DNA from: Octopus bimaculoides
Lineage: Eukaryota
NCBI RefSeq assembly: GCF_001194135.2
Contig: NC_068981.1
Span: forward strand, 115,518,584 to 115,582,583
Direction of reading: 5' to 3'
Length of the DNA: 64,000 bases
In this document: piece by piece, positions 1 through 64,000 of the stretch
How positions within the stretch are numbered: the stretch's first letter is position 1
How the letters are laid out: each line of letters opens with the position of its first letter
The notes under the pieces: model-generated
Database searches by the model: none
What the model was told of the DNA's origin: nothing
The model's input: only the letters and a program-made list of their open reading frames with translations
Translations under genes and position numbers: made by a program

Positions 1-91
<91 letters not shown>

Positions 92-165
92 AAGAAGAAG
101 AAGAAGAAGAAGAAGAAGAAGAAGAAGAAGAAGAAGAAGAAGAAGAAGAAGAAGAAGAAGAAGAG
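1..165. repeat. Compound microsatellite (TAA)n-(GAA)n
   Basis: Directly visible. Confidence 0.98.
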
Positions 166-1916
166 GTGGAGTATGATGGAAATACTCTGTTAACTGATTA
201 TTGATGGTCTGTGCATTAGTTTACTATAGCAGTAGGTTTATGAATGCCACCAGCATTCGTAGCCTACAGTCAGAGCTAAAGCTTGCATCCAAAAGCAAGG
301 CAGACTGAGAAAAACTGGCAGACTGGTGTGAAGCTGAACTAGATTGATGTGATTGTTTCTGATAGCTAAATTCGCTGGGACAATGTAAAATGCTGGGAGG
401 GTGTACATATGTGTATGTATGTATGTATGTATGATCGGGGTACCTAAGCACTTGTAAACATATCTATAAATTTCCTCCTTCCAGAGGTATGATAAGAATT
501 ATGCATAAACGCTATGCACTTGAAAACTATGTGTCTCTGTTTAATAACAGCCGTGCATGAGTTTGCAGCTTTGTTCTGCTAAATTGCGATACAAATATCT
601 ATCTAAAATACAGAACTTACTGCAAAGCCAATTTCACGTGGCCCATTTGGAATTTGTCAGCCACTGATGTTAATCTAAATATTTTCTCTTATATTTAACA
701 TACCAAAATAAACGCATCTTGATAAGATATGTAAATGAAATCTAACTGCAAATAATGTTAGTTATAAGGTAACAGCCAAGTTTCTAATGTAGCTATTATG
801 TATTTGTAACGAAATCACAGACGAAACTCAACCCTCATACCAAGCTTGCTTGCCATGTTACCATTTACACTCTACTGATTTCGCGAATGTCCTTTCTAAA
901 TAATGATGTAAATACTTATTTGCACTACTAGACACCATGCCTCATGTGATTATCAAATATATGTCAAAGTATAACTGAAGCACTCACCCATCTCAAAACT
1001 TTATGACTTTGTAACCAACCCAGAGAAACTCATGTCATCCATTAGTCTTTTGAATACTTTGAGGAGATGAAACAAATATTTATTCTTAATACATCTAGGC
1101 AAGTTCGAATGCAAAATATGCTAGTCGCTGTTACATACGTCATAGAACAACAACTACTCCCTTTTACGACGACAATGTAGTCATAACACATTTGGCTTAT
1201 TGTTTCGAAATGTTGTGTCTCATTAGCCAGAAGTGCCTGAAACTGTTGAGCCTAAACAGGTCATTGACTTTGTGTATACTTTCGACGAACAAACTGTTTG
1301 CTTTTCGGTAGAAAAAAAACAAAAAAACAAAAAAGAAATCCCTTTTACCGTGTACAACGAGATCTCATACAAATACTATGATCATTTAAATATGAAAATG
1401 CTATACAACAGACAAGTTATGGCTTTGTATTTCGTCTGGTTCAGTTCGGCATCGACTTAACTAAAATATAACATTTACGTAAATGATAAAAATATTAGTA
1501 ATGCGAAATTTAAAATAAAAATCTCATTTAAACGTTAAGAAAACATAACGGAATAATAGGGTGTCTAACTTTGACATTTTGTAGAAATAGTGTAGCCAAT
1601 TTAATTGCTCCGACCACTCACTCCTTGACTATTGGGTATTCCATTCGGGTGAAAGACAAAGTGGCATCAACGAAATTTCATCTTGGAAATTAAGGAGATG
1701 TACCAACCACAAGGGACAAAATATTCTGCCTACAGATTCACCGATTCAGCTACTCCACCCTCTTCAAAACCCACACGTTATATAAATTCTCTTGTTTATA
1801 AAAATAGATGAGATTATCGTACGCTGACTTAAAATAACACTGCATGATTCATAAGAGCCTGTATATGTGCATGTATGTGTTTGCATAAATAGCTCTGAGT
1901 ATCAGATGTATGTATG

Positions 1917-1950
<34 letters not shown>

Positions 1951-3078
1951 TGTATGTATATGTGTTTATATTTCTATTTGTGTGTGTGTGTGTGTATTAC
2001 TCCTGCTATCTATAATTTTATGCAAATACGCATATATAATAAATTACATTCTGCATGCACGCGGTTCGGCTATTTAAGGAGAATATATATGTTGGTGAGA
2101 GGGATAACTTCCCTTGGCAAACAGGACACAGTCGTGTGTCGATAAGCCAGCTGGAGGAGATGTCCTCCTGGGGCTAAAAGCAACAGTAACATCCACCCCT
2201 AGGGGTCAGCCACACTTAAGTGGCAATATACTACACTTTATCGTGCAGTTACTGTTAATACTTCATTTAGAGAATTAACATTGCTTGTTTTAAGACCTTA
2301 TCTTTGTTCGTCCTTAATCAATATCTATTTTAATATGGCTGGGAATTTTAAGAATTCTGTTCCACCCATTTCATTATCTAATCTATTCTTTCTAATTTTA
2401 TTTTAACTTTCAACATTTAAATTTTTACTAAGATAATATAGAACTCTTAGTTTTTATATTAACAATATAAAACTAAATCCATATTTGAAACTAAACTGTA
2501 AAAGAGCGGTAAAATTAAGCACAAAAAAAAGCAAGTTAAATTATTTATAAGGTGCAATCATGAAATAATTAAAGATTTTTAAAATCTGTATTATGTTTTC
2601 TTTATATATATATATATTAATTTGTTTTAAATAACGTATACTCTATCTGCCTTGTCATGTGTGTGTGTGTGTGTACGTGTATATATATATATATATGTAT
2701 GTATGTATATATATATACATACATACATACATGCGTACATATATATATATACGTATATATATACATGCATGTATGCATATATGGCTGTATATATGTATGT
2801 ATGTATGTACGTATGCATGTATGTATGTATGTATGTATGTACGTATGTATGTATGTATGCATGTATGTACGTACGTATGTATGGCTGGATAGTTAAGAAG
2901 TTCGCCTCTCAACCATGTCATACTGCTTTCGAACGTGCTGTGTTATTCCTTAGGCGAATGTCATTTCCTGTCGCCTCAGTTTGATCCAAAGGAAACTATT
3001 GCGACTTTTGTAATTGACATTAAAAGGTTCATCTGTGCTGAAATTTTTGATAAGATTTAAAACGTGTCAAGCCGAAAA

Positions 3079-3136
<58 letters not shown>

Positions 3137-3379
3137 CACATATATACATATATATATGTATATATGTATATATATATATATATATANNNNNNNNNNNNNN
3201 NNNNNNNNNNNNNNNNNNNNNNNNNNNNNNNNNNNNNNNNNNNNNNNNNNNNNNNNNNNNNNNNNNNNNNNNNNNNNNNNNNNNNNNNNNNNNNNNNNNN
3301 NNNNNNNNNNNNNNNNNNNNNNNNNNNNNNNATATATATGTATATACATATATATATATGTATCTATATATCTATCTAT

Positions 3380-3417
<38 letters not shown>

Positions 3418-5035
3418 CTATATATACACACATATACATACATATGTATGTATGATAAACATCTAAGAAATGAATTAGTGATATTACATTGCTTACAACC
3501 GTTTTAATAACTCAGATGGTGCAAAAGGGACTATATTCTGCGATGAAATATTTGGCATAATAACCAGAGCTTGGTGGACTAGGTGGCCGGGGGTGCTTGA
3601 GTGGCACAGGTACGAGACCAGCGAACTCGAAGGAATAGAAGCCATCATTTTAGCGATGGAAAAGACAGTTAGATCCAGGATATTACCTTGCGTAGCAACA
3701 GTGCCATCTTAGATGTGGGTGTAGAACTCCCCTTGCTAGTCAGTAAAAGTTGGGTATTGAAATATATTCTGATTTTGTGTGTGCGCGAGCGCGTGTGCGT
3801 GTTAATATGTGCATTCATAAATTGGCTGGTACGAACTGTTTATAGATATGGTTTATAGCGGAAGCAACTTCTTAGAACGAATATGCAAAATATAACATAC
3901 AGCTGTCACACTATGAACATTCATAAATGATAATTATCAATGAGCTTTAAGTGAAAAAGAAACAACAACAGTTCCTTGTACAATAAGAGAACAATAAGAT
4001 CAAAATGGGTGAGTTGGTATGAAAAGAATTTTAAAAATGCGCTCTAAAACCTTTTCTATGGACGCAGAAACAACGAGCAAAGACGACGTGAAAGTCAATA
4101 GAGGTGAGCAAGTTAGTACGAAATGTTTTATAGAAGAGCGTACTGAGCAGGTTGTCGTTCATCTTGTGACTGGTATATAATGTCGTTTGATCTTTCACCA
4201 ATTTGATGAGATCAGTTCTATTTACAATTTATTAGAATATGCCTGGCGCTACAAGCAATTAAAACCATTAGTGGTGCATTAAGTTAATAGTGTATATAAT
4301 TGTTCACGGTAAAGTAGACTAAGAACTAAATGCCTCGGCGATGAAAAGTAACAGCAAAAAGTATTTTTCAGAATACATAGCACATAGAACGAATAGCCAC
4401 ATCATAGAGCCAGGTTTTAAAAGTAGCATTATATTGGACAATGCTGTCCTTGCCTTGTTGATTAATTGAGACTGTCTATGAATTTAATACAAATAAATTC
4501 ATTTTAAAATGTTTATTACGTTAAGATATTATGCTTTTAAGTTTTAAACATCTCATAAAGGGAGTTCATAGCTACAAATTGCATGGTTAATATCAGTTGA
4601 TCAACATTTTCTAACTCATTTTATAATATGAGTGAAGCGCTATCATATTAATGTGTAGAATGTTCCACTAAAATAATTTCCTCTGTACTTTGGTGTGATA
4701 AGGTGTCTTCTTGGATGACAGAGGAAATTATGTATGACAGCGAACTATTATTTGATACGGACCTAAAATATCTCGACATTTCCTGATTGACATGACTGAC
4801 AGGAACATTACTATCGGTAGGCAACAAAATTATTATTGATCTTAAACTAATCCATATGTCTTCCAAAATATCTTTCAGTTTAAGCAGTATGTCTTCCTGA
4901 ATGTATAAGTCCAAAATCCCATAAACACACGCATATTTATGTATATATATGCACTGATAGCTATTTTAATCATGCTACTCAGTATATTTCATTTTGATGT
5001 CATTTTGAGAATTGTATTTTTTTTTTCTATTGCAG

Positions 5036-63680
<58,645 letters not shown>

Positions 63681-64000
63681 GTATGGTTTCAGTAATCTTA
63701 CATTTAATTTGATAATTACATGTTGACATATAAAATAGAAATTTTAATGAGTAGAAAATCGTTAGCATTGATGAGAATTCATATCAAAAGGGGCATGGAG
63801 GAAATTTTCAAAATTTCAATTGACTACTTGTTCTTTTGGCGATATAGAAGAGCGTGAGCGTGTTTCATCTTTCGTATCTATGGTGATAACTCCGGATATG
63901 TTTAGTTCTTATTAGACATCCTCAGTGAAAATTAAGAAATCAATAGACAAAGTCCTAGAACAATACAGCAAATACGTCAAACGTCAAACCTATTAAAAGT

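Noticed and set aside
1-5035. Upstream ADAMTS catalytic exon (HExxHxxGxxH), including ORFs 224-451 and 4648-4914
   Set aside because: I found no zinc-binding or Met-turn motif with splice sites, so the exon is presumably left of the window.
63681-64000. Terminal PLAC exon
   Set aside because: No Cys-rich PLAC-like frame appears in the last 320 bp, so it is expected downstream.

Overview
Eukaryotic, AT-rich, microsatellite-rich draft genomic DNA with ten N-gaps. The repeat families suggest an octopus (inference). The window holds the 3' part of one + strand gene, an ADAMTS16/18-like secreted metalloprotease. I reconstructed 14 GT-AG exons (5036-63680) whose phases join into one open frame: end of the protease domain, disintegrin-like, central TSR, Cys-rich, spacer and five C-terminal TSRs. 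The catalytic exons lie upstream and the expected PLAC exon downstream, both outside the window. The introns contain three tRNA-derived SINE families, two convergent R4/Dong-type fragments in (TAA)n, a Merlin transposon with TIRs and an 8-bp TSD next to a related MITE, a Helentron-like element with a nested LINE, MULE, Tx1, RTE and CR1-like remnants, and a Penelope-like element. The most notable signals are in the 15.3-kb intron (42839-58123): a hammerhead-ribozyme motif at the Penelope 3' end, an inverted pair of minimal hammerheads, a third hammerhead motif and a ~1-kb foldback palindrome. A pre-miRNA-sized hairpin lies at 28231-28307. All calls were made by eye with no database search, and repeat boundaries are approximate. 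I found no CRISPR array, rRNA or true tRNA gene.
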